This document shows, piece after piece, positions 1 to 10,234 of a stretch of 64,000 bases of DNA. Below the pieces are notes generated by a model that saw only the letters and a list, made by a program, of their open reading frames with translations, searched no databases and was not told the DNA's origin. This stretch comes from Thermoprotei archaeon (GTDB lineage Archaea; Thermoproteota; Thermoprotei; Thermoproteales; B15-G16): positions 59,821 to 123,820 of the forward strand of contig QMRC01000005.1 in the NCBI GenBank assembly GCA_003649205.1, written 5' to 3'. Positions within the stretch are counted from its first letter, which is position 1. Every line of letters begins with the position of its first letter. The position numbers and the translations under genes are program-made.

Positions 1-1
1 A

Positions 2-781
2 ATCCCTCCATCAGATACTGTTAAGGTGTGTCGTGATAAGTACCTCACATATCTCAAACTCAAGAAATGTGGTATTCCCGTACCTGAGACATACCTGGTG
101 ACTAACCTAGATGAAGTCGATAGAGTTGTCAAGGATCTCGGTGGTAGGGTTTGGGTTAGAGCCAGGAAAGGTGCTGGTGGTAGGCTAAGTCTACCTTGTA
201 CTTCAAGTACTGAGGTTAAGCTGTGGATTGAGCTGTGGAGTAGAAGAGGTATCCCCATAGAGGACTTCATAGTTCAGGAGTACCTACCAGGTAGGGATCT
301 TGCCTGGGATAGTCTGTGGTACAACGGTGAGCTCATTATGTCATTTGTTCGTGAAAGGATTCACTACATATTCCCCCACATATCCCCATCTAGAGTTACA
401 GGAACACCAACAGTATCCAAGATAGTTAGGTACGATAAAGTCAATGAGATATGCGTAAGAGCGGTTAAGGCGCTCTGTGATAAACCTCAGGGTTTCTTCT
501 GTATTGACCTCAAGGAAGATTCAGAAGGTAATCCACGCATAACTGAAGTTAACATAAAGGCTCACACAACAGTTGGTCTCTGGTCCTTCGTAGCCTCAAG
601 AGTACTGAAGTTACCTCCCTACTATAACATGGTCTACACGTACGTGAAGTTAGGTCTTGGGGATGAAGTTCCTCTAAGTGAGATACCGAAGTTTGACATC
701 TACCCTGAGATAACGCTACTGAGACACATAGATTGTGGTGTTTGGATCATAAAGAATGGAGAGAAAATTAGGGTTCTATGA
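2..781 (+). CDS. ATP-grasp domain protein (carbamoyl-phosphate synthase-like), 5'-truncated by the window edge
   Basis: Frame is open from base 2 (IPPSDTVKVCRDKY...). ATP-grasp motifs: DKYLTY..L...GIPVP, QEYLPG, IDLKE...ITEVN. Confidence 0.75.
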   Translation: MPPSDTVKVCRDKYLTYLKLKKCGIPVPETYLVTNLDEVDRVVKDLGGRVWVRARKGAGGRLSLPCTSSTEVKLWIELWSRRGIPIEDFIVQEYLPGRDLAWDSLWYNGELIMSFVRERIHYIFPHISPSRVTGTPTVSKIVRYDKVNEICVRAVKALCDKPQGFFCIDLKEDSEGNPRITEVNIKAHTTVGLWSFVASRVLKLPPYYNMVYTYVKLGLGDEVPLSEIPKFDIYPEITLLRHIDCGVWIIKNGEKIRVL

Positions 782-802
782 ACTTGCCAAGTAGTTACGG
801 TA

Positions 803-1480
803 CTACGAGACACCAAGTGCTCTATCACCAGCATCTCCTAGACCTGGAACAATGTAACCCCTCTCATCTAACTTCTCATCTATAGCAGCTGTGAAGACTT
901 CAACTGGGTACTTTGAGAGTACCCTCTCTATAGCTAGTCTCGTTGATATCACGGTGATGAGGATACATCTCCTAGGTTTACCACGCTTGTATACTTCCTC
1001 CAGTACTCTCAACATGGTACATCCAGTAGCGAACATTGGATCAGCAACTATAGTCACTGTATCATTTAAGTCATTTGGAAGCTTTATGTAATTCATCTCT
1101 ATATCAAATACGTAGTCAGGAGCTGCAATCCCCTTCTCAACTCTACGAGCACTAACAATACCAATTCTAGCCTTTGGAAATACCTTCAGTAGACCCTCAA
1201 CAAGTGGTATTGCTGCTCGTAGAACATTGACTATAACAACTCTATCTAAATCCTTTATCTTGACCCCCTTTGCTTTTGATAGAGGAGTCTCAATGAGTAC
1301 TTCCTCAACATCGAATGTCCTCAGTACTTCATAACCTAGGTACGTACCTATCTCACTTAACTTCGTCCTAAATACTTCAGGCGGTGTATCCTTATTTCTT
1401 AATACTGTAAGTATTTCCTGCACCAGAGGGTGGATTATGATCTTTACCCTACCACCATACTCTTCCCTGAATGGAAGCAC
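803..1480 (-). CDS. upp: Uracil phosphoribosyltransferase
   Basis: HPLVQ, VLRAA, ADPMFATG PRPP loop and GYIVPGLGDAGDR signature. Confidence 0.95.
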   Translation of the reverse strand: MLPFREEYGGRVKIIIHPLVQEILTVLRNKDTPPEVFRTKLSEIGTYLGYEVLRTFDVEEVLIETPLSKAKGVKIKDLDRVVIVNVLRAAIPLVEGLLKVFPKARIGIVSARRVEKGIAAPDYVFDIEMNYIKLPNDLNDTVTIVADPMFATGCTMLRVLEEVYKRGKPRRCILITVISTRLAIERVLSKYPVEVFTAAIDEKLDERGYIVPGLGDAGDRALGVS

Positions 1481-1487
1481 AGAACCC

Positions 1488-4052
1488 TCATGTGAGTGAG
1501 ATTAGGTCTTTAATTAACTTTTGCATTGTAGCTTTTACTCTACGGTACAGTATTACCGCTGTGAACACTATGACACTTATCAATGTTATGAGAATAATCA
1601 TAGCCTTGTACTCTAGCAATCTCTCGAATACACTGACCTTCTTCATCCCAACCAGGTAAGTAGCTTTAGCGAGTAGAGCACCCGATGATTGATCTACAAC
1701 TCTTACCTCTACAGTATAGCTCTCTATGGGTATTCTCGGTATTGGAATTATAACATCCTTACCAAGTGGCAGAGTTACCTCCTTAAGCACGGTCTTATAT
1801 GTTGTATTACCATGAAGCAACTTCATCACCACTAATGCCTCGATGCTATTAGTTGTTGAATTTACTAATCGAATTATGAGATTATTCTCAAACCTTTTCA
1901 CCGAGACTACAGGTTGTGTACTTAATTTAGTCGATGTAGTTACCTTCGTGAAGTTAACGTAGATGTGTTCTGTACCTGGTATTGATACATTGACTCTATA
2001 TGTTGCGTATCCTCTCTTCAAGAACACCAACGTATAGTTACCAAATGGCATTAGCAACGTTAAGTGATTACCTGCTACTCCTGTCTCATATACTACCTCA
2101 CCACTCTTAATTACGTAGACTCTGAAGTTCCTTACATCACTACGTATCTTCACGATGTACTTACCAATGTAGATCGGTATAGTTACCCTCCGAAGTAGTA
2201 GAGAGTCAGTTAGTAACTCAGCAGTAATGGGTACAGTACTCTTATTCTCCACTATGGTGATCTCACTAAGCTTCTCAACATATGGTCTATCGAGTTCCCC
2301 ACTTAGAATCCTCTCAAGAATTACTCTCTCACCAACAAGTACCCTTAAGTTGATGAAGGGTACTGTAACGTTACCCGTTTTCGTAATAGAAATTACTACC
2401 CTAGTCATCGTGGTATTGATCAAGTACTTCCTAGCAGATATGTCGATGCTGTACCTCAGAATGTACGTGTATCTGAGAGGACCTTCCAGAACTGCGACAC
2501 CTGGTATAACAACCTTCAACAACTCCACTTTATTAACTCCAGGCCGTAAACTACAGGTAGCGGTGAAGTACTCGTAGAAGCGGACTACTTTACCACAGAT
2601 ATTAGCAACAGCATAACCTCTAGGAATGTTTACATCAACCTTTACACGAAGTGTAGTCCTATCAACATGGCACCTGAAGTAGTGCTTTACCCTCAATACG
2701 TTAAATGTCCAGGAGAAGTCACCAGAGATAAATCTCACATACTTAGCGCTAGAGATATCAGGTATATGAAATACAACCACTGAACCTCTAACCTCGATAG
2801 GTTTGATAATGCGCTCTCCAACTTCGAGTACTACGTCACTTGTCTCACTAGTAAGGGGTTCCATATTTAATCTACAGCAAGTAAACCTCAGGTAGGTAGT
2901 GAAGTTAGTGTAAACTGTCTGTACTTCTTTAGGTACTATACGCATGAACCATTTACGTACAACATCACTAGCTGGCTTACCCTTAAGATCATAACTCGTA
3001 TCGCTAGGTGTACCTGTAGAGGGGTCAGTTGTCCAACCCCACACAAATACACCTCTAAACCATGGTCTTGGATTACCTAGAAATGCACGGAAGAGAGCTT
3101 CGAAACACATAGCTTGCTTCTCTGGATCAGGTTTACCAGAATCACTAAACTTCCAAGGCTTAATCTCAGCACCCTTAACTGATCGATATCCAACCTCTGT
3201 AAGCACGATAGGTTTCCCATATCTCCTAGCTAATTTCTCCAGATCTGACATCACATTCCTACCATGTACTGTGTGATACCAGCACTCTACAAGTTCGCTA
3301 ACTGACTTAACCTCGGTTCTCGATAGCTCAAAATAAGCACTAACACCAATGAAGTCTAAGTACCTAAACCACTCAAGATCTAGTAGCTCACGAAATCCCC
3401 ACTCACTATACCACCAGTTAGTGTTGTACGTAATTAACCCTGAGTACACACTCCTAACACTATCAATGATGTCAACCCAGTAACTAGCGTACTTACGGGA
3501 CTTCAAGCTCTCTAGCTCAGAACCAATACAGAGCACTTCAACACCAAGCTCTTGAGCTAACTTAGCATAGTGTAGAACAGCTCTCTTGTACGATCTAAAC
3601 CACTCTTCAACATCTGAAGGCTTGATAAAACCTCTCCACGTACCATCATCAACTAGGAGAAATAGTACCAGCATTACCTTGAGACCAAGGTTGTGAGCAA
3701 CTTCAACCATCTTTCGAAGCCCTAGGTCTTGAGACTCATCGATCTCAACCGTACAGCTATACCTATCATACTGATGCAGATAGACTACAAGCGCTACGTA
3801 GTTGGGACGTAGTACCTCCCTCAATTTCCTTAGCTCCTTAATAGCTTCATCACTACCATAGGGATACCTTTTGGGGAGTAGGTAGACACCAGCAAAGTAC
3901 TCACTTACTTCTGAATCAATGCCTGATGCTACGTCGTACGACCATTCCTCAACTCCATCCCGAATAGCTACATCGCTGTAACTACTGAGCACTATTCTCG
4001 TTATTGCGATTACCACTATGAGTAGTAGAAGTAGGCCAACGAGTTTACTCAC
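1488..4052 (-). CDS. Secreted, C-terminally membrane-anchored glycoside hydrolase, GH113-like (beta-mannanase family), with beta-sandwich/PEGA-like stalk
   Basis: N-terminal hydrophobic signal. Motifs WRGFI, WF.SY, IGSELES (acid/base Glu), ITYNTNW, LDFIGVSAYF and LTEVGY (nucleophile Glu). PEGA-like GNYTLVFLKRGY. C-terminal TM helix followed by YRR. Confidence 0.75.
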   Translation of the reverse strand: MSKLVGLLLLLIVVIAITRIVLSSYSDVAIRDGVEEWSYDVASGIDSEVSEYFAGVYLLPKRYPYGSDEAIKELRKLREVLRPNYVALVVYLHQYDRYSCTVEIDESQDLGLRKMVEVAHNLGLKVMLVLFLLVDDGTWRGFIKPSDVEEWFRSYKRAVLHYAKLAQELGVEVLCIGSELESLKSRKYASYWVDIIDSVRSVYSGLITYNTNWWYSEWGFRELLDLEWFRYLDFIGVSAYFELSRTEVKSVSELVECWYHTVHGRNVMSDLEKLARRYGKPIVLTEVGYRSVKGAEIKPWKFSDSGKPDPEKQAMCFEALFRAFLGNPRPWFRGVFVWGWTTDPSTGTPSDTSYDLKGKPASDVVRKWFMRIVPKEVQTVYTNFTTYLRFTCCRLNMEPLTSETSDVVLEVGERIIKPIEVRGSVVVFHIPDISSAKYVRFISGDFSWTFNVLRVKHYFRCHVDRTTLRVKVDVNIPRGYAVANICGKVVRFYEYFTATCSLRPGVNKVELLKVVIPGVAVLEGPLRYTYILRYSIDISARKYLINTTMTRVVISITKTGNVTVPFINLRVLVGERVILERILSGELDRPYVEKLSEITIVENKSTVPITAELLTDSLLLRRVTIPIYIGKYIVKIRSDVRNFRVYVIKSGEVVYETGVAGNHLTLLMPFGNYTLVFLKRGYATYRVNVSIPGTEHIYVNFTKVTTSTKLSTQPVVSVKRFENNLIIRLVNSTTNSIEALVVMKLLHGNTTYKTVLKEVTLPLGKDVIIPIPRIPIESYTVEVRVVDQSSGALLAKATYLVGMKKVSVFERLLEYKAMIILITLISVIVFTAVILYRRVKATMQKLIKDLISLT

Positions 4053-4121
4053 ATGGTGATGTGCATTTGTTAAATTGTTAAAAGTTACTTTACGATCTAT
4101 GTCTAGAGGTTGGTGATGTAG

Positions 4122-5660
4122 ATGGTTGCTCTAGATCTAGCATTTACAGTAATCCTATCCCTACTAGCTCTCTACAGTGCTTACTACTTAAGCATGTTCA
4201 GTGTAACAGTCATGAGGTCTAGAAGATGTAGCGGAGCTATTTCAGATACACATAGTAGTAGTGAAGTTGAGACATCTAGCAACTCTGCAGGATTACGTTC
4301 TAGACCATTTGTATCAATTGTTGTTCCAGTGAAGAATGAGAGGTATGTCGTGCGTAGATTACTTGAGGCCTGTAGTAACCTAATGGATAGGTATGGTAGG
4401 GAGTTCTGTGAGTTAATTATAGTTGACGACTCTGTGGACGATACTGTCGATATATTGAGAGAATTGGTTACAGAGTACAATAGACGTGGTTACAGAGTGC
4501 TACACCTCCATAGGGGGTTGGGTGATAATAGCTGTAAAGCTGATGCTCTTAACTACGCGATGAAGTTCGTCAAAGGAGATTACGTGGTTCTCTTCGATGC
4601 TGATTTCATACCACCTCCAGACATACTCCTTAAGACGATACCCGAGCTAGAGAGCAACCCGAGACTTGGGTATATTCAATGCTGCTGGGAACACATAAAT
4701 AGAAACTACAACATAGTAACGAGAATAGCTTCGTTGAATTACGAGCTACAGTTCCTCATAGAGCACCCAGCAAAAAGTACCTTGGGTGCACCCGTACTAA
4801 TTAATGGCTCAGCATGCATACTGAAGAGAGAAGCTATAGAGGATGCTGGTGGTTGGCAACTTAGCCTAGCTGAAGACCTGGATCTAGCAGTTCGTATGTG
4901 GTTGAGAGGATGGAGAGGGAAGTACAAGCCAGATATCGTGTGCTACTGTGAGGCCCCACCAAACTTCATGGCATTCCGTAGACAACAATTCAGATGGGCA
5001 CTAGGGTACGGTCAAACAGCTAGAAGACTACTCAAGACAGTACTAGGAGCAAGTACTCCACTAAATCAAAAGCTAGATGTGAGCGTTACATTACTGAGGC
5101 ACACAGTGTACCCGCTAATGCTAACACTCATAATACTTCTGCTAATGTACTCTCTCCTAAATGAAGTACCTAGGGACACGACGTATATATCGTCACTAGC
5201 TAGCTTTCTAACCATATCTCCCTGGATAATATTTACCTACGTAGCATTTAGAAAGAGTAGTGACATAACATCGTTCATAAAGGAAATATTCACGATGCTC
5301 CTCTTCAGCTTAGCACACATAGGATTAGCTCTCAGCAACTCAATAGCGTACATAATCGGTCTAGTCAATACCCACTACGTCAAGTTTAGGAGAACGCCAA
5401 AGTACGATATAAGGGGTAGAGGTGACAAGTGGGTTGATAAGGTATACCAGGTAAGGCCCGGGATCCTACCCTTTATAGAACTCGCAATAGCGTCATTACT
5501 ATGGTTTTCGATAGCTAGATGGTTCTCTCAAGGTAATATTCCTCTAGGACTTGGATCACTACCATTTGCGTTGGGATTGACATTTACGTCAGTGTCAACA
5601 ATTGTTCACTGGCTATCCGTTATTAAGCATGGTGTTGTCCATGGTGAACAACCTTGGTGA
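4122..5660 (+). CDS. Processive GT2 glycosyltransferase (cellulose/mannan synthase-like), membrane-integral
   Basis: IVDDS, KADALN, FDADF, AEDLD and QQFRW (D,D,D,QxxRW). Multiple TM helices and an FRRTPK gating-loop-like motif. Confidence 0.9.
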   Translation: MVALDLAFTVILSLLALYSAYYLSMFSVTVMRSRRCSGAISDTHSSSEVETSSNSAGLRSRPFVSIVVPVKNERYVVRRLLEACSNLMDRYGREFCELIIVDDSVDDTVDILRELVTEYNRRGYRVLHLHRGLGDNSCKADALNYAMKFVKGDYVVLFDADFIPPPDILLKTIPELESNPRLGYIQCCWEHINRNYNIVTRIASLNYELQFLIEHPAKSTLGAPVLINGSACILKREAIEDAGGWQLSLAEDLDLAVRMWLRGWRGKYKPDIVCYCEAPPNFMAFRRQQFRWALGYGQTARRLLKTVLGASTPLNQKLDVSVTLLRHTVYPLMLTLIILLLMYSLLNEVPRDTTYISSLASFLTISPWIIFTYVAFRKSSDITSFIKEIFTMLLFSLAHIGLALSNSIAYIIGLVNTHYVKFRRTPKYDIRGRGDKWVDKVYQVRPGILPFIELAIASLLWFSIARWFSQGNIPLGLGSLPFALGLTFTSVSTIVHWLSVIKHGVVHGEQPW

Positions 5661-6493
5661 GGACTACAGTACTGATTAAGGTTGAAGATAGGTTAATCGG
5701 TGAGGCTAGGAAGGGACTTGAGTTATTAAGGATTCTCCTCACAAGGCTACCTAATCTAGAAGTTGTGGTTGAGGAGGGTGGTGGTAGTGAGTTAGGTGGG
5801 GTATCAATCGATGTTCTTATACGTGTTTTACCTGTGGTGGATGGTGTGCTTGAGGTTGTGGTTGAGGAGTATGTTACTGGTAAGAGGTTATGTAGGACGT
5901 ACTTAATTGATTTGTCGAGTCAAAGTATTGGAACTTTTGTATCCGTAATTGGTCTTCTTGTGAGGTTTCTTCATGGATTTAAAGTGTATAGGTTTTGTGT
6001 GGTGAAGCCTTTGCAAGCTACTTCAGATATAGGTGAAGATTGTGTACTTGTTCAATGTGGTCGAGATTGTAGGTTGTGTTCCGACTTGGTGAGTAAATTG
6101 GTGTTTGTTGTACCGAGTGTATACGGTGATGTGAGTGAGAAGTTCGTTAGGTTAGTGAGGAGTATTCAGGTATCTACTGGGGCGCTGTGTGTGTTATGTA
6201 GGTTAGTTTCAGCTACTCGAGAGTTTCTAGTAGTGAAGCTTCCTTGTGAGAAATTGTGTAGTTTCTTTAATTATCTTAGCCCTGTAACTATTGTTGGGGT
6301 GAATAGTGAGGTATTTGAGGGGTTTATTACTGAGGTTAGGGGTGAAGTACTTAGGATTAGGTCTCTTCAACATGTTGTACCCTCCCTTGTGGATAACTTG
6401 ATTAGTAACTACGCAGTTCTGTCTGTAGGTCATAGAGGTGTTGAAATTAAGTACTTTCTTGAGATGATGAAACGTATTCACGGTGAAGGGTGA
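5654..6493 (+). CDS. Hypothetical protein (Val/Cys-rich), overlapping the GT2 stop
   Basis: 279-aa ORF overlapping the GT2 3' end by 7 nt. G+T-rich coding strand; no motif recognised. Confidence 0.6.
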   Translation: MVRTTVLIKVEDRLIGEARKGLELLRILLTRLPNLEVVVEEGGGSELGGVSIDVLIRVLPVVDGVLEVVVEEYVTGKRLCRTYLIDLSSQSIGTFVSVIGLLVRFLHGFKVYRFCVVKPLQATSDIGEDCVLVQCGRDCRLCSDLVSKLVFVVPSVYGDVSEKFVRLVRSIQVSTGALCVLCRLVSATREFLVVKLPCEKLCSFFNYLSPVTIVGVNSEVFEGFITEVRGEVLRIRSLQHVVPSLVDNLISNYAVLSVGHRGVEIKYFLEMMKRIHGEG

Positions 6494-6515
6494 TCGAAGA
6501 CGGGCGTCCTGATTA
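6461..6515 (+). ncRNA. Box C/D guide sRNA predicted to target 16S rRNA (C1402 and A1374, E. coli numbering)
   Basis: Box C ATGATGA 6464-6470, D' GTGA, C' GTGATCGA, box D CTGA 6509-6512. Guides ACGTATTCAC and GACGGGCG are complementary to conserved 16S GUGAAUACGU and CGCCCGUC. Confidence 0.8.
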
Positions 6516-7223
6516 ACCCATGAGTGCTAGACTAAATAGCTTGGATACCAGTGTAGTTAATTCGGTACAAAAATCCTTCCTTCCACCTCTATACTCTCCG
6601 TCTACCTCAACTTCAATAACACCGTACCTAAATCTAATCTTAGCACTAGGAATCTCCTCTTCAATCTTTTTAGTAATCCTCTCACTCTCATCAACTGATA
6701 GTGGTAAAGCTACGAGAGAAACAATGTACGTATACTTACTCAATTCCTCCTTAACATGAACCTCAACCCTACAGAATTTACCTCTGTACACAAGAGTATG
6801 TCGAAGTTCAATGACATTACCTCTCTGAAGAATCAACCAATCTCCAGGTAGTAGCTCACGTAAGTACGTAATGAGAGTCTTAGGTTCTTCACATCTCTTC
6901 AATCCCTCAATCACCAAATCCCTGATAAATTGCTCGAGAGAGTCTAAGTCATCAAAATAGATATCTCTAGATCTAATCCAGAAGTATGCCTTACCGAGAC
7001 CACTCTCGTCTCTGACATAGTCCACATCTATGTCTCTAATGGAGGCTACATCACGTAACTCACGGTACTCATGTAAATCTAAAGGAAATAAGACGAAGAA
7101 GATAGGTCTATACCTGTTGTTTACCTTATCACGACAGGCTCTAATAACTAATTCCTTACCAGCTATCGAGATACACTTCATGTACAGATCCTTATTACCA
7201 ATACTCTCATTCTGAATCCACAT
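6513..7223 (-). CDS. Hypothetical protein
   Basis: 236-aa ORF with upstream GAGGAG SD-like site and normal composition; no motif recognised. Confidence 0.7.
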   Translation of the reverse strand: MWIQNESIGNKDLYMKCISIAGKELVIRACRDKVNNRYRPIFFVLFPLDLHEYRELRDVASIRDIDVDYVRDESGLGKAYFWIRSRDIYFDDLDSLEQFIRDLVIEGLKRCEEPKTLITYLRELLPGDWLILQRGNVIELRHTLVYRGKFCRVEVHVKEELSKYTYIVSLVALPLSVDESERITKKIEEEIPSAKIRFRYGVIEVEVDGEYRGGRKDFCTELTTLVSKLFSLALMG

Positions 7224-7281
7224 TGCTCCTCAGTACTCAGTACCGTAGGAGAACTATTAAGCTTCACTTTCAAATTGAGAT

Positions 7282-7650
7282 ATGAGCCATATGTCTGATA
7301 CTAGGAGAGTTAAGCTAGGTAGAAAGCTGAGGTTCAATCCAGAGCTAATTAGGGAGATCGCTCGTGGTAGGAAGACCTGTACTGTGAGGTTAGGTATTGT
7401 CGAGCCTACATCTAGAACTGTAGTCCTCTACTGTAAAGGGAGACCTGTCGCTGTAGCGGAGATAGAGTATGTTAGATACATGAAGGTTAGGGAGCTTGGT
7501 GAGGGTATAGCTAGATTAGATGGATTTAGTAGTCGTGAGGAATTGCTTGAGAGGTTAACCAAGATATACCCATACCTGACTCCTGATGACTGGGTTACTG
7601 TAATTAAGTTCCGCATCATTAGGTGGATAAGAAGACCAAGGGTAAGGTGA
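7282..7650 (+). CDS. ASCH domain protein
   Basis: I..GRKTCTVRLG, ARLDGF and L.KIYP, typical of ASCH/PUA-like proteins. Confidence 0.85.
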   Translation: MSHMSDTRRVKLGRKLRFNPELIREIARGRKTCTVRLGIVEPTSRTVVLYCKGRPVAVAEIEYVRYMKVRELGEGIARLDGFSSREELLERLTKIYPYLTPDDWVTVIKFRIIRWIRRPRVR

Positions 7651-7654
7651 TCGC

Positions 7655-8788
7655 ATGTCACTTAGCGAAATTAAGTCGAGAATACTGAGGTTGAGAGAGG
7701 AAATGAAGAAGAGAGGTTACAGCCATGCATTAGTAACAACGCGTTCAAACGTCTTCTACTTCAGCAACTACAGGACACCACTTCCAGAAGACTACTACGT
7801 CTACACAGTGATCTCCCTAGATGCTGAACCCATACTCTACGTACCTAGACTAGAGCTTGATAGTGCTGAGGAAGTGTCCAAGGTACCTGTCATAGGTTAC
7901 TCCACGTATGAGGTAGAGAGGAGACCGGGTGAGTGCTGCATAGTCATTAAGTCTCCTCTCGACTTAATCAAGGACTACTGTGAACGAACAGGTACCAAAG
8001 TAACTAAGTTACTAATTGACAAGTTACTTCACAAGCTCAGTATCAAGATGAAGGAAGAAGGTATTGAATTTGAAGAGGAATCAGAGGTATTCAAAGAACT
8101 TAGGTCTATTAAAAGTGAGTATGAGGTTGAGATGATAAGGAAGGCAGTAGAGATCACAGAGGAAGCTATTGTGAGTACACTAAGTGACCTCAGTAAAGAA
8201 CCTCGTGAAAGGGACATAGCTGCTAAGTTGATGCAGTTCCTAGTAGCTAAGGGATGTGAGGAGCTAGCGTTTGTACCCATAGTTGCTTCAGGACCTAACG
8301 CAGCAAATCCGCACTACACTTACGGTGATAGAGTAATTAGGTCGGATGAGGTCATTATTATGGATGTTGGTGCTGTGTACTGTGGTTACTGTTCGGACAT
8401 TACGAGAACTATCGTCACTGGTGCTTCACCACCTAAGGTTAGGCAGTACTTGGACGCTGTTCTGGAGGCTCAGCAAGAAGCAATAGCGAGGATTCGTGAT
8501 GGTGTGAAGGCATGTGAGGTTGATAAGGTAGCTAGAGAAGTTCTCTCCAAGTATGGATTGAGTAGGTACTTCATTCACGGTCTTGGTCATGGAGTTGGTA
8601 TTGAGGTTCATGAAGCACCTGCACTATCTCCATCGTCAACTACTACGTTGCGAGAGGGTATGGTAGTTACTGTGGAGCCAGGCGTGTACATTACGAAGGT
8701 GCTGGGTATCAGAGTTGAGGATGTTGTATATGTGAGTAAGAGTGGGTGTAGAGTGTTGACGAGGTTGAGTAGAGAACTGTATGCATGA
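7655..8788 (+). CDS. pepQ: Xaa-Pro aminopeptidase/prolidase (M24B)
   Basis: RSIKS.YE, DVGA...GYCSDITRT, HGLGHGVG.EVHEAP, VEPGVY and RVED metal ligands. Confidence 0.9.
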   Translation: MSLSEIKSRILRLREEMKKRGYSHALVTTRSNVFYFSNYRTPLPEDYYVYTVISLDAEPILYVPRLELDSAEEVSKVPVIGYSTYEVERRPGECCIVIKSPLDLIKDYCERTGTKVTKLLIDKLLHKLSIKMKEEGIEFEEESEVFKELRSIKSEYEVEMIRKAVEITEEAIVSTLSDLSKEPRERDIAAKLMQFLVAKGCEELAFVPIVASGPNAANPHYTYGDRVIRSDEVIIMDVGAVYCGYCSDITRTIVTGASPPKVRQYLDAVLEAQQEAIARIRDGVKACEVDKVAREVLSKYGLSRYFIHGLGHGVGIEVHEAPALSPSSTTTLREGMVVTVEPGVYITKVLGIRVEDVVYVSKSGCRVLTRLSRELYA

Positions 8789-8797
8789 GGAGTAGGC

Positions 8798-10234
8798 ATG
8801 GTCCTTGGAACTTGGGTGTATTGGGACCTTGTGAAGAATGTACCTCTTATACTAAAACCTGTAGATGAGCATTGTGAAGCGAAGTTCGTAGATAGTGATG
8901 TCCGTCCTCTCTTTATACCTGAAGTCAATAGATTGAAGCAGTTGCTCGCTCAGGAGTTTGGTGAATCAGCTCCGAGTAAGATAGTTAGGTCAGATGTTCT
9001 CCTCTGTTCACAGGTTAAGAACTACGTAGACGATATGAAGATGATCATTGCTGAGGGTGATACCCTCTGCTACATGTTCTTTGACGTACGTACAATGAGT
9101 TGGAGGGTTAGACTAGGCCCATTAGGGGCATCGAGAGCAATTCAAAGTGACTTAGTTTCCTGGTGTGTACTACCTTGGAGATGGTTTAGGAGAGGAGTAT
9201 TCTCGAGAAGTGACTTTGAGGAATTTCACGATCGTGGTACTGATCAAGTGGTCATACTATCTCGCGATCGTAAGATCATTGGTCTCGGTGTATGCGTTAA
9301 GGATAAGGTTATCGTGATAAAGAAGTGGAGACCACGAGATATCTCAGATACGAGAGAACTACCTAGATCAACATGGTATGACGTACTGAGAAGCAACGAA
9401 GATAATCTCTACACCCTGAGGTCAAAGGTTCTACGCTTCATACACACAATAGTTATCGGGAACAGAGGTAGAGCAATGTACGTAACCTTCTCAGGTGGTA
9501 AGGATAGTACGGTCCTCCTATCGCTTCTACTCGAGTACGGTATCGACGCTAAGATACTCTTTAATGACACCAAGTTAGAGCATCCAGAAACGTATGGAGT
9601 TCTAGAGCACTACATGAAGAAGTTAGGTTGTGAGATAGAGGTAATTAAAAGCGACATAGATTTCATGAGTGAAGTAATGAGGAGAGGGCCACCGGCTAGG
9701 GACTATAGGTGGTGTACTCGTTACCTTAAGGTTAGACCAACCATTAGGTACTGGAAGAGGGTAAGTAGACCAATACTGTGCTTCACAGGTTTGAGAAAGC
9801 TTGAGTCACTATCTAGAGCTAAATTGAAGAAGGTGTTTAAGCAATATGAAGAACCTAACGTAGTTTACGTAGCACCTCTCCTAGACTGGAATAGCTTAAT
9901 GGAGTGGTTATTCATACTGTGGAGATCCCTACCATACATCCCCCTGTACTTACTCGGTTATGAGAGAATTGGTTGCTTCATGTGTCCATCGTGTACGTTA
10001 GCAGAGCACAGGATAGTTAAGGTACTTCATCCTGATCTATGGAGTACGTGGGAGGATGTACTCAGGAATTTTGCTCAGAAGCACAACCTACCTAGTGAGT
10101 GGGTAACCTATGAGCTATGGAGGTGGTTAGGTGATGCACCTAAGAAGAGGATCTTATGTAGATTAATTAGGAGAGATGACTTAGCTAGAGAGTACTCCTA
10201 CGCAGTAGAGTACAGGGAGGAACCTCTAGTATAG
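8798..10234 (+). CDS. Phosphoadenosine phosphosulfate reductase family protein (PP-loop, Cys cluster)
   Basis: FSGGKDS PP-loop, PPARDYRWC, GLRK.ES..R and YERIGCFMCP. Confidence 0.85.
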   Translation: MVLGTWVYWDLVKNVPLILKPVDEHCEAKFVDSDVRPLFIPEVNRLKQLLAQEFGESAPSKIVRSDVLLCSQVKNYVDDMKMIIAEGDTLCYMFFDVRTMSWRVRLGPLGASRAIQSDLVSWCVLPWRWFRRGVFSRSDFEEFHDRGTDQVVILSRDRKIIGLGVCVKDKVIVIKKWRPRDISDTRELPRSTWYDVLRSNEDNLYTLRSKVLRFIHTIVIGNRGRAMYVTFSGGKDSTVLLSLLLEYGIDAKILFNDTKLEHPETYGVLEHYMKKLGCEIEVIKSDIDFMSEVMRRGPPARDYRWCTRYLKVRPTIRYWKRVSRPILCFTGLRKLESLSRAKLKKVFKQYEEPNVVYVAPLLDWNSLMEWLFILWRSLPYIPLYLLGYERIGCFMCPSCTLAEHRIVKVLHPDLWSTWEDVLRNFAQKHNLPSEWVTYELWRWLGDAPKKRILCRLIRRDDLAREYSYAVEYREEPLV

